A DNA stretch of 56,617 nt, the filler included, from a bacterium (GTDB lineage Bacteria > UBA9089 > CG2-30-40-21 > SBAY01), in assembly GCA_040757115.1 (NCBI GenBank). It is 3 parts of 3 records of this genome, joined end to end, with 100 filler letters (N's around TTAATTAATTAA, not from the genome) between each part and the next. Parts side by side here need not be neighbours in the genome. Positions count along the whole stretch, not along the records: positions 18,921 to 37,720 come from JBFLYA010000064.1; 2 more parts are not named here. One strand, written 5' to 3'. Positions within the stretch are counted from its first letter, which is position 1; every line of letters begins with the position of its first letter. The position numbers were made by a program, and so were the translations under genes. Of this stretch, positions 22,401 through 32,090 are shown piece after piece. The notes under the pieces were generated by a model. The model had not been told where the DNA came from. It ran no database searches and saw only the letters and a program-made list of their open reading frames with translations.

Positions 22401-25400
22401 TTGCGATAGACGAGGTAATAATCCATTTCATCGTTATCTATCTTCTTATTCTTAGTAGTTTGTGTTCCCTGTAGTAAAACACTCGAATTAGTTGTCATAG
22501 TAGCATTAAATTTAGTCACAACCGGTGGAGGAGTCATATCGTTTATGTATACTAATACTGGTGGTGAAAGTGGAGCTATATTCGGTCCTCTATCATCAGT
22601 ATTTGGATATTCCACATCCCCATCTCCATCAATATCGCCAGGTATAGAATTAATATATTTATTTAGTCCTGGCTCAATAATAGTTGTATATGTGGCTCCT
22701 GGTTGAGACCCAGTTCCTGAAGCTACAAATGTATCATCATATCCTATTTGTGGGTATGTTTCAATTACCGAATCACCACCATCATATATAATCTCCTCAT
22801 CCACCGCCGCTACCCAGAACCAGTATCTACCTTCTACATTTACTAAATATCGCCATACAGTATATGTCCCACTTGGTACAAAATTAGCCACTGCATTCTT
22901 ATCTGGTGCTGCAGGTGGTGGATTGTAAGGGTCATCATCATCTGATTTAGCGTATATTCGATATCCACAAATACTCCCTGAATTATCATAAGGTACTCCA
23001 TTATCTGTCCAATCCAGCACAACATCCTTTGTTCCCTGTGGCGACTTACCCTCAACATCTCTAATTTGCTCTGGTGGTGTCACATCTCGTATTCCGCCAG
23101 GTAACCATGGATCATATACATTACCTGCCTCATCATATACAAATGTTACAATCCAGAACCCACCTGGTGGAAAGGTAGTAGGATCCCAATTGATAGAATA
23201 AGTCGCAACCGCAGGTGCAGGAGTTTGTGAAACAATATAACTACCAATATATATAGGATTAAGAGCTAAAAAGGCTGGGTCTGTCTCTGATGCATAGGGA
23301 TAACCAGACGGACTATCATCTGGAATATTTTCCCCTGCATGTATAAAGTATGCCACTACCTTCCTTACCCCACTCATCCATAATGGGTTGGTAACTCCAT
23401 CTCCTATAACACCTGATATAGTTCCAGGTTCTACTGGTACCATTGCACCCCAAGCAGGTGAACTAATATCCGTCCCCGTACCTTGCGTTTCAGGATTAGT
23501 TGTATCAATCCAAAGAGCCGATTTAGTAGCTGCTGCTCCAGGAACGCTTAACATATCATACATGGTTATAGTTAAGGTATAAGTTCCTTCATTGGCAATA
23601 GTATTAGTTAAAGTTACTACCTCAGATCTAATACAATCTGTTCCAGGAGATATATTGCCAATTTGAGTAAATGATCCAATTTCTCCTAATGGACCTGCAA
23701 AAGTAATTGTAAAAGAAGCTGGATTTTGCTCCGTATATGAAAACACAACCTCAATCTTCCCACCTTCACAAGCCCATGTCTTTGTCCCATAACCTGTTGG
23801 TGAAATAATAGTTACAATAGGTGGCTGGGCATCTATAATAAGTGCATCTTGTTGAGTACTACTACCTACATTACCAGGTATATCACTTAATTCTATTTTT
23901 AGTGAATATGTTACATTTGATAAACCAGTAAATGGAAGTGTTACAGTACCTTGATGCACACCCGGTCCTCCAACTAAATTGGTAGTAGAAGTAGAAATTC
24001 CTGTACCTACAATCGTTATAGTAGCCATCTCTGGATTTGCCTCTGTATATGTAAAAACTACCTTTATTGAACCAGTTCCGGTACCGTAGGCAGGACTATT
24101 TGTAGTAGGTGAAATAATAGTTACCTCTGGTAGAATAGTATCCACTATTATAACCGCATCTGGGTGTGTAGTAACTGTACTATTATTTGCTTTATCTATC
24201 ATTTCCACCTGTATTGAATATGTACCATCAGATACACTATTAAGTTGAAGTGTAAGTGTGCCTTGCAAAGAGGTATTTGTCCCCGTGGGGGTTAAAGTAG
24301 TAGTAAGAGTAAATGCAGATACGGCTCCCGATGTACCTATTAGTCTTGCAGTAATAGTTCCTGGATGTATTTCTGTATATGTAAATATTACTTTAACCGT
24401 ATCTGTTGCCATAGTATAGGTTACCGTAGCAGGAGAAATCATCTTTAATACTGGGTCTGTAGTATCTATTATAATCGCCTCTCTTTGAGTAGCAGTACCT
24501 AATTTATTCACTATATCTCTCATCTCTACCTTAACAGAATATGTTCCTTCACTTGCAGTATTATAATTAAATGTTGCACTGCCAATTCCAATTTCTTCTG
24601 CAACGGTTGTACTTATTGTTGTCTGTATGGTTCCATCAAATGTCGATATTATTACTACACTCGTTCCATAATTTTCTTCAGTAAACGAAAAAGTAATAGT
24701 AAATGTCCCATCAGCTTGGCCATAGAAAGGATTTCCATTTGTAGGATAGAGTAATGTCACATTTGGCTTAGTATCGTCTATAGTTAACGCACTCTCCTTA
24801 TAAGCATTTCCTACATTCCCTGGTGTATCAACTGCAATTACCCCTACTGTATAAGTACCATCAAGAGTTCCATTACCAGCGGGAATACTTACCGTCCCAC
24901 GACCTTTTAAAGTTGTCACAGTAGAAAATAGAGTAGTTGTAGCTATTCCAGAAATAGTTATAGTCGCATAAGCAAAAGGTGAGGCATCTTCATAATCAAA
25001 GAGAACTACTCTATTTACTGGAGTAGTAGTATAACTTCCAAGTGGATTAATTATTGTTACCTTTGGACCACTGTCATCTATAATTACTGCATCTGTCTGA
25101 CTATTTGTACCAATCGCCCCTACCTTATCCTCTAATTCTATAAATAATGTGTAAGTCCCTTCTGCTAATCCATAAAACGGTAGAGTTAAAGAACCTTTTA
25201 CTGGCTGTGATGGTATTGTTGTTGTTGCAGGATACACAGTTTGTGTAGAGTATTCCATGGTAGAAGTACCTATACCAATAGTAAGTGTCCCTGGATATTT
25301 CTCAGTAAAGCTAAATGTTACAACAACTGAATCTGTTCCTTTTTTATATGCTTTATTTGAAGTAGTTGGATTAATTATCTCTACCTTTGGTCCAGTCATA

Positions 25401-28400
25401 TCTACAACTACTACACCCCAGATAACAGGAGTTTGAGTCCCCAAACCGCATTTATCTGTCATTGTTCCTACTACAGAATATGTTCCTTCTGGAAGATCTT
25501 TAAAATCTAAACTAACTGTCCCTATGGTAGTCCCCGTTCCAGGTGGAAGATTAAAATTTAGCCCCCTAAATAGAATTGTAGAGGTACCTATACCTACACA
25601 CGCTCCATAAGGATTGGCTTCAGTATATATAAATCTGGGTACAATAGTATCTGTCCCCAGAGCATAAGCTAAATTATTCTCTGTCGGATATACAATAGTC
25701 ATCGCTGGCTTAGTATCGTCTATAGTTAACGCACTCTCCTTATAAGCATTTCCTACATTCCCTGGTGTATCAACTGCAATTACCCCTACTGTATAAGTAC
25801 CATCAAGAGTTCCATTACCAGCGGGAATACTTACCGTCCCACGACCTTTTAAAGTTGTCACAGTAGAAAATAGAGTAGTTGTAGCTATTCCAGAAATAGT
25901 TATAGTCGCATAAGCAAAAGGTGAGGCATCTTCATAATCAAAGAGAACTACTCTATTTACTGGAGTAGTAGTATAACTTCCAAGTGGATTAATTATTGTT
26001 ACCTTTGGACCACTGTCATCTATAATTACTGCATCTGTCTGACTATTTGTACCAATCGCCCCTACCTTATCCTCTAATTCTATAAATAATGTGTAAGTCC
26101 CTTCTGCTAATCCATAAAACGGTAGAGTTAAAGAACCTTTTACTGGCTGTGATGGTATTGTTGTTGTTGCAGGATACACAGTTTGTGTAGAGTATTCCAT
26201 GGTAGAAGTACCTATACCAATAGTAAGTGTCCCTGGATATTTCTCAGTAAAGCTAAATGTTACAACAACTGAATCTGTTCCTTTTTTATATGCTTTATTT
26301 GAAGTAGTTGGATTAATTATCTCTACCTTTGGTCCAGTCATATCTACAACTACTACACCCCAGATAACAGGAGTTTGAGTCCCCAAACCGCATTTATCTG
26401 TCATTGTTCCTACTACAGAATATGTTCCTTCTGGAAGATCTTTAAAATCTAAACTAACTGTCCCTATGGTAGTCCCCGTTCCAGGTGGAAGATTAAAATT
26501 TAGCCCCCTAAATAGAATTGTAGAGGTACCTATACCTACACACGCTCCATAAGGATTGGCTTCAGTATATATAAATCTGGGTACAATAGTATCTGTCCCC
26601 AGAGCATAAGCTAAATTATACTCTGTCGGATATACAATAGTCATCGCTGGCTCAGTATCGTCTATAGTTAGAGCACTCTCCTTATAAGCATTTCCTACAT
26701 TTCCTAGTATATCAACTGCAATTACCTCTACTGTATAAGTACCATCAAGAGTTCCATTACCAGCGGGAATACTTACCGTCCCACGACCTTTTAAAGTGGT
26801 CACAGTAGAAAACACCGTAGCTATTCCAGAAATAGTTATAGTCGCATAAGCAAAAGGTGAGGCATCTTCATAATCAAAGAGAACTACTCTATCTGCTGGA
26901 GTAGTTGTATAACTTCCCAGTGGATTAATTATTGTTACCTTTGGCCCACTGTCATCTATAATTACTGCATCTGCCTGACTATTTGTACCAATCACTCCTA
27001 CCTTATCCTCTAATTCTATAAATAATGTGTAAGTTCCTTCTGCTAATCCATAAAACGGTAGAGTTAAAGAACCTTTTACAGGCTGTGATGGTATTGTTGT
27101 TGTTGCAGGATACACAGTTTGTGTAGAGTATTCCATGGTAGAAGTACCTATACCAATAGTAAGTGTCCCTGGATATTTCTCGGTAAAACTAAATTCCACA
27201 ACAACTGAATCTGTACCTTTTTTATATGCTTTATTTGAAGTAGTTGGATTAATTATCTCTACCTCTGGCCCAGTCATATCTACAACTACTACACCCCAGA
27301 TAACAGGAGTTTGAGTCCCCAAACCACATTTATCTGTCATTGTTCCTTTTACACTATATGTTCCCTCTTGGAGATTTGCAAAATCTAAACTAACAGTCCC
27401 TATAGTAGTTCCATCTCCGGGTGGAAGATTAATTGTGGTTCCAACACATACATAACCCGCTTGAGCAGATGTACCCATACCTACACTGGCTTGATAAGGA
27501 TTAGCCTCAGTGTATGTAAATCTCGGTACAATAATACCTGTCCCCGTAGCATAAGCCAAATTATACTCTGTCGGATATACAATAGTCATCGCTGGTGCAG
27601 TATCATCTATCGTTAATGCCTCATCTTTAGTATCCGTGTCTTTATTTCCTATCTTATCAGTTAAAGTCACTTCTACCGTATAGGTGCCATCAAGAGTACC
27701 ACTACCGGCGGGTATAGTTATTGTTCCCTGTCCCCAATTTCCATAAAATGTAGTAGTCGTTGTAGCAAATACAGTCTCAGTAGCTACTCCAGTAATAGTA
27801 ATAGTTGCAAAATCAGGATTTTGCTCAGTATAAGTAAATATCACTACTCTATTATCAGGAGTAGTTGTATAACTACCAAGTGGATTAATTATTGTAACTT
27901 CTGGTGAGATATTATCTATAATTAACGCATCTGTCTGACTATTTGTTCCAATCTTACCTACCTTATCCTGTAATTCTATAAATAATGAATAGGGACTATC
28001 TCCTAATCCCTCAAATGGTAGTGTTAAAGAGCCAATTGTTGGTATCTGTGCTGGTGTTGAGGTAGAAGGATAGACAGTTTGAGTAGAAAATGTGGTACCT
28101 TCTATACTAATCGTAAGTGTCCCTGGATATTTCTCAGTAAAGCTAAATGTTACAACAACTGAGTCTGTACCTTTCTTATACGCCTTATTTAAAGTAGTGG
28201 GATCAGTTATCTCTACTATTGGTGGAGTATCATCTAACACCACCACTCCCCAGATAATATCAGTCCATGTTCCCACCCCACATTTATCCATCATATATCC
28301 TCTTATGGAATATGTTCCTTCTGGAAGATTTTCAAAACCTAAACTAACTGTCCCTATAGTAGTCCCTGTTCCAGGAGGAAGATTAGTATTTGTCCCAGCA

Positions 28401-31400
28401 AACAGAGAACTAGATGTACCCATATATACCACCGCTATATCAGGATTAGCCTCAGTGTATGTAAATCTTACTATAATAATATCTGTATTAGTAGCATAAG
28501 CTAAATTATTCTCTGTCGGATATACAATAGTCATTTGTGGAGGAGTATCATCTATAATCACTGCCTCCTCTTCAGTATCAGTAGTTGACCCTATGCTTTT
28601 ATCACTCATCAGGACACTTACAGTATATGTCCCTTCTTTGTTACCAGCATTAGTAAAGGTCAATGTATAAGTAGCCTGTGTAGGAACAGGAGCAGAAGGT
28701 ATATTGGGAGTAGTAGTAGTAGTCTGTGTGAGCACTCCATATATTTCAGAGTTTATCGTTATTGTTAATGTAGCTGGATAAACTTCAGTATAGGTAAATA
28801 CAACTGTAACTGTCCCTTCACCTCTCTGATAGACTTTATCTTGTGTAGTAGGTGAAATAATATTTATCTGTGGTGGTTGATTATCAACTACTGTTACTAT
28901 CGCAGGTGATGTAGCTGTATTTCCTGCCTGGTCATATGCAATGCAAAATAAGTCTTTTATTCCATTACCAGTTGCATTCCATACAATAGTATGCGTTCCA
29001 AGTTTTGAAGGTGAACTATCTGTTCCACTGGTATCAAGCCCAGTATCTCCCCAGTAAAATTCTACCTTATCAATTCCAGTTTCATCATCCTGTGCAGTTG
29101 CTCTAATAGTTACGGTTCCACCCACAGATATAGTTCCAGTTATATTTTCCTCATTTCCATTAGTAAGTACTGCCACAATAGTAATGGTACCTGGAACTGT
29201 ATTATCTACCCAAACCGCGCCCAATTCCTCATCTTCATCAGTTTTTCCTACCCTGTCACTCATAACAACCTTCACATTATATGTACCATTGGCTGGGGTA
29301 GGAGGATCTGGAATATATACTGAAGCAGTTCCATAACCATCTAATATTTGCACAACTGCACTCTCTGGAGTGCCCGTAGCACTACCAATCACAGTAGTTG
29401 TACCAATTGTAACAGTGATAGTAGCAGGATTATCTTCTACATAGGTAAAGGTAACAGTAATAGTTGCTGGAGTTTGGGTATAAATAGTCCCACCAAGTGG
29501 CGATGTAATATTTATCTCTGGAGCTTTATTATCTAAAGTTACTGTACCAGGAGCTGTTCCCGAATCACTTAAATTTACCTTATCAGTAACAGTAACTGAA
29601 ACAGAATAAGTACCATCTGCACCTGATACCTGAACATCTACTGTTTTTTGTCCATCTGGTGTAGTTAATGTTCCTTCAGCAGAACCAACTGTTCCAATAG
29701 TAATAGTATATGTTGCCGGATTTAGCTCACTATAAGAAAAAGTAACGCTAACTGTACCACCATTTTCTCGATATACATCAACAGATGGTTCTGTTACCTC
29801 CACTTCAGGAGCTTTATTATCTAAAACTACTAAGCCAGTGGCAGTACCATACCCTGCATGATTAAGTTTATCTGTTACCTTTACCTGAACTGAATATGTT
29901 CCATCTGTAGCTCCAGATACCTGGATATTTACAGTTTTTGAACCCTCTGGAGTAGTCAAATTGCCTGTTTCACTTCCGATTTCAGTTGCACCCTGGTAAA
30001 TTCGGACACTATAAGTATTTGGATTAGGCTCACTATATGTAAAATAAACAGTCACAGTACCGTTATTCTTACGATATACATTATTCGCCGGTTCATTCAC
30101 TGTTACTACTGGCTCCCCAACATCTACTACCACCGCACTATCCCATACAGATTCACCTTCATTATCCCCTTCATCAATGATAGTTACCTTAACAGAGTAA
30201 GTTCCATCAACTCCATTTATTGTTACCGTACCCGTAATAGTCAACGTACCATCATTAGGAATTGTAAGAGTTGAGGTAAAAGAGCCAATACTATTTATTC
30301 CCATCTCATCATTATATATATTTATGATATATTTATCTGGATTTAATTCATTGTAGGTAAAGCTAACAGTTATTGTCCCAGGTGACTCGGTATAGGTAGG
30401 TGTAACATTTGTAATATTAACTTCAGGAGGTGTCCAATCTCCTAAGATGACGAGGTCATTAGATATAGGCGACTTCTCTACTCCATCCGACGGGTCAACT
30501 ATTATAGTTGCAAAAGAATACCATAATCCTGAAGTAACACTTCCTTCATAAGAAGTATCAGTGGTAGTTCCAATAAGATAATTACCTGTATTTATAAATT
30601 CTTGGGTTAAAGTACCAGGCAATTGTTTACGATGTATCTCAAAATAATAACCTATCCCTAATGTATTTGTAGCCGCAGACCAGTTTAAAGTAATCGAACC
30701 CACCCCTCCAGAACCTGTCCCGACACCTGTCAGGTCAAGAATAGAAACTATACCTTTTAAATCAATAGTAGCCTGGCCAGCACCAGAGATCTCAGAAACA
30801 TTACCTGTTGGTGTCCCTGGTGTCCCTAATGGATAATAAGTAGTAGTATTAGTAGTCCAGACACCAGCAGTATCTACGGTTATAACTGCGTAGGCATATT
30901 GAGTTGCCTTTTCTGGTACACCCATGTTAGAATTTACCCAGCTATAATATTGCCAATTAGTATCACGAATAGTACCTGTGCCATTAGCATCATAACATGT
31001 AAATTGCTGAAGAGCAGAATTATTATGAGGATTTATTGCTTTAACTACCGCAAGCAAATTATTATTATTTATCTCACCATTTACCAATTTTCCTGCTTTT
31101 GCCTTTCGATATATCATATAGTAGAGTTGAGAACCATTAGGAGTAGCTGTAGCCTTAAATGGTGGGTCTAAAGGAGCTGTCCATTGAAGTTGTATTGACT
31201 TTTGTTGAGCTTGCGAAGTAATAATAAGATCATCAATTGACTCGGGTATCGTCCGATCAAGATACCCAAGGGTAATATTAGACCACCCTCCTCCTCCTTC
31301 CTCTCTTAATCTGTACCGGTAATAAGCTCCTTCTTCACCACTCTCTCCAGTAGCTGTGTCGTATATACTAATAGTACCGGTATAGGTAGCGTAAACCGTA

Positions 31401-31669
31401 GTTACTGTTGCTGCTGCATCGGTATTCCAATTTGTTAGATCAATATTTATCGCCCTTTTCAATGTATATGTTGCCCCAGTAGTCACATCCCACTTCAGAT
31501 ACATCTTCCCCCCAGATCTTAATTCCTGTGTAAGCTGAGGAGCGGCATATACCTTTTCCAACAGCCCAAAACTTAAGCCCATGGTTAATAAAAGCACCCA
31601 AGAAAAGTTTATTTTTATTAGTTTTTTCCTCATTTTACTCCCTTCCTTTATTAAATTTTTAATACTCAT
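19412..31669 (-). CDS. giant (4085-aa) secreted surface protein with Ig-like repeats, FN3, PKD and C-terminal FlgD-Ig-like domain
   Basis: Signal peptide ending VYA; many D.T.P/GTY.V/D..GN beta-sandwich repeats; W.FGDG PKD motifs; C-terminal NPF.P..KIYD..G..VREL..WDGR..G....NGIYVYQI. Confidence 0.9.
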   Translation of the reverse strand: MSIKNLIKEGSKMRKKLIKINFSWVLLLTMGLSFGLLEKVYAAPQLTQELRSGGKMYLKWDVTTGATYTLKRAINIDLTNWNTDAAATVTTVYATYTGTISIYDTATGESGEEGAYYRYRLREEGGGGWSNITLGYLDRTIPESIDDLIITSQAQQKSIQLQWTAPLDPPFKATATPNGSQLYYMIYRKAKAGKLVNGEINNNNLLAVVKAINPHNNSALQQFTCYDANGTGTIRDTNWQYYSWVNSNMGVPEKATQYAYAVITVDTAGVWTTNTTTYYPLGTPGTPTGNVSEISGAGQATIDLKGIVSILDLTGVGTGSGGVGSITLNWSAATNTLGIGYYFEIHRKQLPGTLTQEFINTGNYLIGTTTDTSYEGSVTSGLWYSFATIIVDPSDGVEKSPISNDLVILGDWTPPEVNITNVTPTYTESPGTITVSFTYNELNPDKYIINIYNDEMGINSIGSFTSTLTIPNDGTLTITGTVTINGVDGTYSVKVTIIDEGDNEGESVWDSAVVVDVGEPVVTVNEPANNVYRKNNGTVTVYFTYSEPNPNTYSVRIYQGATEIGSETGNLTTPEGSKTVNIQVSGATDGTYSVQVKVTDKLNHAGYGTATGLVVLDNKAPEVEVTEPSVDVYRENGGTVSVTFSYSELNPATYTITIGTVGSAEGTLTTPDGQKTVDVQVSGADGTYSVSVTVTDKVNLSDSGTAPGTVTLDNKAPEINITSPLGGTIYTQTPATITVTFTYVEDNPATITVTIGTTTVIGSATGTPESAVVQILDGYGTASVYIPDPPTPANGTYNVKVVMSDRVGKTDEDEELGAVWVDNTVPGTITIVAVLTNGNEENITGTISVGGTVTIRATAQDDETGIDKVEFYWGDTGLDTSGTDSSPSKLGTHTIVWNATGNGIKDLFCIAYDQAGNTATSPAIVTVVDNQPPQINIISPTTQDKVYQRGEGTVTVVFTYTEVYPATLTITINSEIYGVLTQTTTTTPNIPSAPVPTQATYTLTFTNAGNKEGTYTVSVLMSDKSIGSTTDTEEEAVIIDDTPPQMTIVYPTENNLAYATNTDIIIVRFTYTEANPDIAVVYMGTSSSLFAGTNTNLPPGTGTTIGTVSLGFENLPEGTYSIRGYMMDKCGVGTWTDIIWGVVVLDDTPPIVEITDPTTLNKAYKKGTDSVVVTFSFTEKYPGTLTISIEGTTFSTQTVYPSTSTPAQIPTIGSLTLPFEGLGDSPYSLFIELQDKVGKIGTNSQTDALIIDNISPEVTIINPLGSYTTTPDNRVVIFTYTEQNPDFATITITGVATETVFATTTTTFYGNWGQGTITIPAGSGTLDGTYTVEVTLTDKIGNKDTDTKDEALTIDDTAPAMTIVYPTEYNLAYATGTGIIVPRFTYTEANPYQASVGMGTSAQAGYVCVGTTINLPPGDGTTIGTVSLDFANLQEGTYSVKGTMTDKCGLGTQTPVIWGVVVVDMTGPEVEIINPTTSNKAYKKGTDSVVVEFSFTEKYPGTLTIGIGTSTMEYSTQTVYPATTTIPSQPVKGSLTLPFYGLAEGTYTLFIELEDKVGVIGTNSQADAVIIDDSGPKVTIINPLGSYTTTPADRVVLFDYEDASPFAYATITISGIATVFSTVTTLKGRGTVSIPAGNGTLDGTYTVEVIAVDILGNVGNAYKESALTIDDTEPAMTIVYPTEYNLAYALGTDTIVPRFIYTEANPYGACVGIGTSTILFRGLNFNLPPGTGTTIGTVSLDFKDLPEGTYSVVGTMTDKCGLGTQTPVIWGVVVVDMTGPKVEIINPTTSNKAYKKGTDSVVVTFSFTEKYPGTLTIGIGTSTMEYSTQTVYPATTTIPSQPVKGSLTLPFYGLAEGTYTLFIELEDKVGAIGTNSQTDAVIIDDSGPKVTIINPLGSYTTTPVNRVVLFDYEDASPFAYATITISGIATTTLFSTVTTLKGRGTVSIPAGNGTLDGTYTVGVIAVDTPGNVGNAYKESALTIDDTKPAMTIVYPTENNLAYALGTDTIVPRFIYTEANPYGACVGIGTSTILFRGLNFNLPPGTGTTIGTVSLDFKDLPEGTYSVVGTMTDKCGLGTQTPVIWGVVVVDMTGPKVEIINPTTSNKAYKKGTDSVVVTFSFTEKYPGTLTIGIGTSTMEYSTQTVYPATTTIPSQPVKGSLTLPFYGLAEGTYTLFIELEDKVGAIGTNSQTDAVIIDDSGPKVTIINPLGSYTTTPVNRVVLFDYEDASPFAYATITISGIATTTLFSTVTTLKGRGTVSIPAGNGTLDGTYTVGVIAVDTPGNVGNAYKESALTIDDTKPNVTLLYPTNGNPFYGQADGTFTITFSFTEENYGTSVVIISTFDGTIQTTISTTVAEEIGIGSATFNYNTASEGTYSVKVEMRDIVNKLGTATQREAIIIDTTDPVLKMISPATVTYTMATDTVKVIFTYTEIHPGTITARLIGTSGAVSAFTLTTTLTPTGTNTSLQGTLTLQLNSVSDGTYSIQVEMIDKANNSTVTTHPDAVIIVDTILPEVTIISPTTNSPAYGTGTGSIKVVFTYTEANPEMATITIVGTGISTSTTNLVGGPGVHQGTVTLPFTGLSNVTYSLKIELSDIPGNVGSSTQQDALIIDAQPPIVTIISPTGYGTKTWACEGGKIEVVFSYTEQNPASFTITFAGPLGEIGSFTQIGNISPGTDCIRSEVVTLTNTIANEGTYTLTITMYDMLSVPGAAATKSALWIDTTNPETQGTGTDISSPAWGAMVPVEPGTISGVIGDGVTNPLWMSGVRKVVAYFIHAGENIPDDSPSGYPYASETDPAFLALNPIYIGSYIVSQTPAPAVATYSINWDPTTFPPGGFWIVTFVYDEAGNVYDPWLPGGIRDVTPPEQIRDVEGKSPQGTKDVVLDWTDNGVPYDNSGSICGYRIYAKSDDDDPYNPPPAAPDKNAVANFVPSGTYTVWRYLVNVEGRYWFWVAAVDEEIIYDGGDSVIETYPQIGYDDTFVASGTGSQPGATYTTIIEPGLNKYINSIPGDIDGDGDVEYPNTDDRGPNIAPLSPPVLVYINDMTPPPVVTKFNATMTTNSSVLLQGTQTTKNKKIDNDEMDYYLVYRKAQGTNLVDADLIDVNQIAQVDYNPVNITEDLPGTYTYHFQYIDSAVTVGQTYAYAVIAVDRTGNKSAISIGVNTVVTVLDTTPPQAITTLDAQPIAGSRTVKLTWLEPIDNVGVTLYTVYRATSPIYATSTAVFRGTTTATEYDDVGIASDEGKTFYYAVISEDAAGNESNISNSPFATVNDVTPPTPAFSYDPSSPKQDEDVTFDASRSNDNIGVVSYYWGFGDGATATGMVVTHRFAEKKTYTVTLEVKDAAGNGSSTSQDVVVGDSEKPVISGLANRKGNTGDMVSVPVTVTDNNEVATVTVHYSQDGNEYSTTTVGSGKNWNWTFTFTATDTSVSDIEYYVEASDYDGNTLVSGKWYIKITDNDDPTAAFSYDPSSPKQDEDVTFDASGSNDNIGVVSYYWGFGDGATATGRVVTHRFAEKKTYTVTLEVKDAARNGSLTSQNVVVGDSEKPVISGLGDRKGTTGDPVFVPVTVTDNNMVTSIILHYYQDGNEYSTSTVANVGTWTGTLTFTANNNSVGKIRYSIEARDDDGNISESSIREITITDDENPVAVFTYSPITPEQNQIVTFNAGSSTDNIKIVTYTWTFGDGDILSLPGWECTHRYTHIGTYTVKLEVQDNAGNKASTQTSIVVKDKETPVPHINCNNSGIDQNPKPVEEDAAVIFDGSKSTDNGIIKTYIWEFAGNGTQIVATTTSAITYSFANPGLYTVYLNVVDDNNNTSTVPASIQVTVVYKQLTKTQTIGANGGILGEVNDITLNIQAGALGANVEFKVEPASLAEIPNGFVGIAGTAYKITPKKLFNKEGTLTIWYADADQDGLVEECDINNFQKQPLKAEDLRIYYFDGYDWMMLPSVVNIASRTVMAKINHTGKFAIGIKDQGIAGRDVDPDTILANLVLTENPFAPSGSNFTEFHGDLGRDSYITVKIYDTTGEEVRELPRTLVTAGASRVLAIWDGRTNGGEITENGIYVYQIKVAQIGGRMKVETHAIGIVK
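24764..26647. repeat. near-identical 942-bp tandem duplication (314 aa)
   Basis: Units start at 24764, 25706 and 26648; more diverged copies continue to ~28550. Confidence 0.9.
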
Positions 31670-31820
31670 AAAAAGATTCCTCCTTAAGCTTTAGATTATT
31701 GTGACCAGTCGGACAATTTAGACAAATCTAACCATTCTTTCTAAAAAAAATCTCACCCCCTCCCCTCTCAAGTCTATTATTTTAACACCTAAGAAGTTCA
31801 ATTAGAAGTGAGATGTTAAG

Positions 31821-31849
31821 ATTTTACACTATAATCTCAATTTTGTCAA
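31821..31849 (-). promoter_or_regulatory. sigma70 promoter of the giant-protein gene
   Basis: TTGACA-N17-TAAAAT. Confidence 0.65.
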
Positions 31850-31867
31850 GTATTTTTTTAAAAAAGC

Positions 31868-32004
31868 CAGCAATTCTCGGTGAAAAAGTTCGCAACTCTT
31901 TTATTCTCAATGTGTCCTACAATAGATTGTCGCGAAAAATAATTTTGTAGTTATGGGCTAAGTCAAGTGGTTTCAAGGTATCACAAATTCACCGAGAATT
32001 ACTG
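31868..32004. mobile_element. MITE-like element
   Basis: Ends CAGCAATTCTCGGTGAA / TTCACCGAGAATTACTG; similar end at ~6481. Confidence 0.6.
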
Positions 32005-32090
32005 TAAAAAAAGTTTAAAATATTTTGGATGACCCAGATTTTAAAACAAAAAAATTCTGCGTAAAAAATCTTGCGTTCTATCTTCTTTAT

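Noticed and set aside
24764-26647. Diversity-generating retroelement TR/VR pair
   Set aside because: In-frame tandem domain duplication, no adenine-specific variation and no reverse transcriptase
20019-31171. Antisense and alternate-frame ORFs inside the giant gene (likewise inside the STAND gene)
   Set aside because: Fully overlapped by long motif-supported genes; expected by chance
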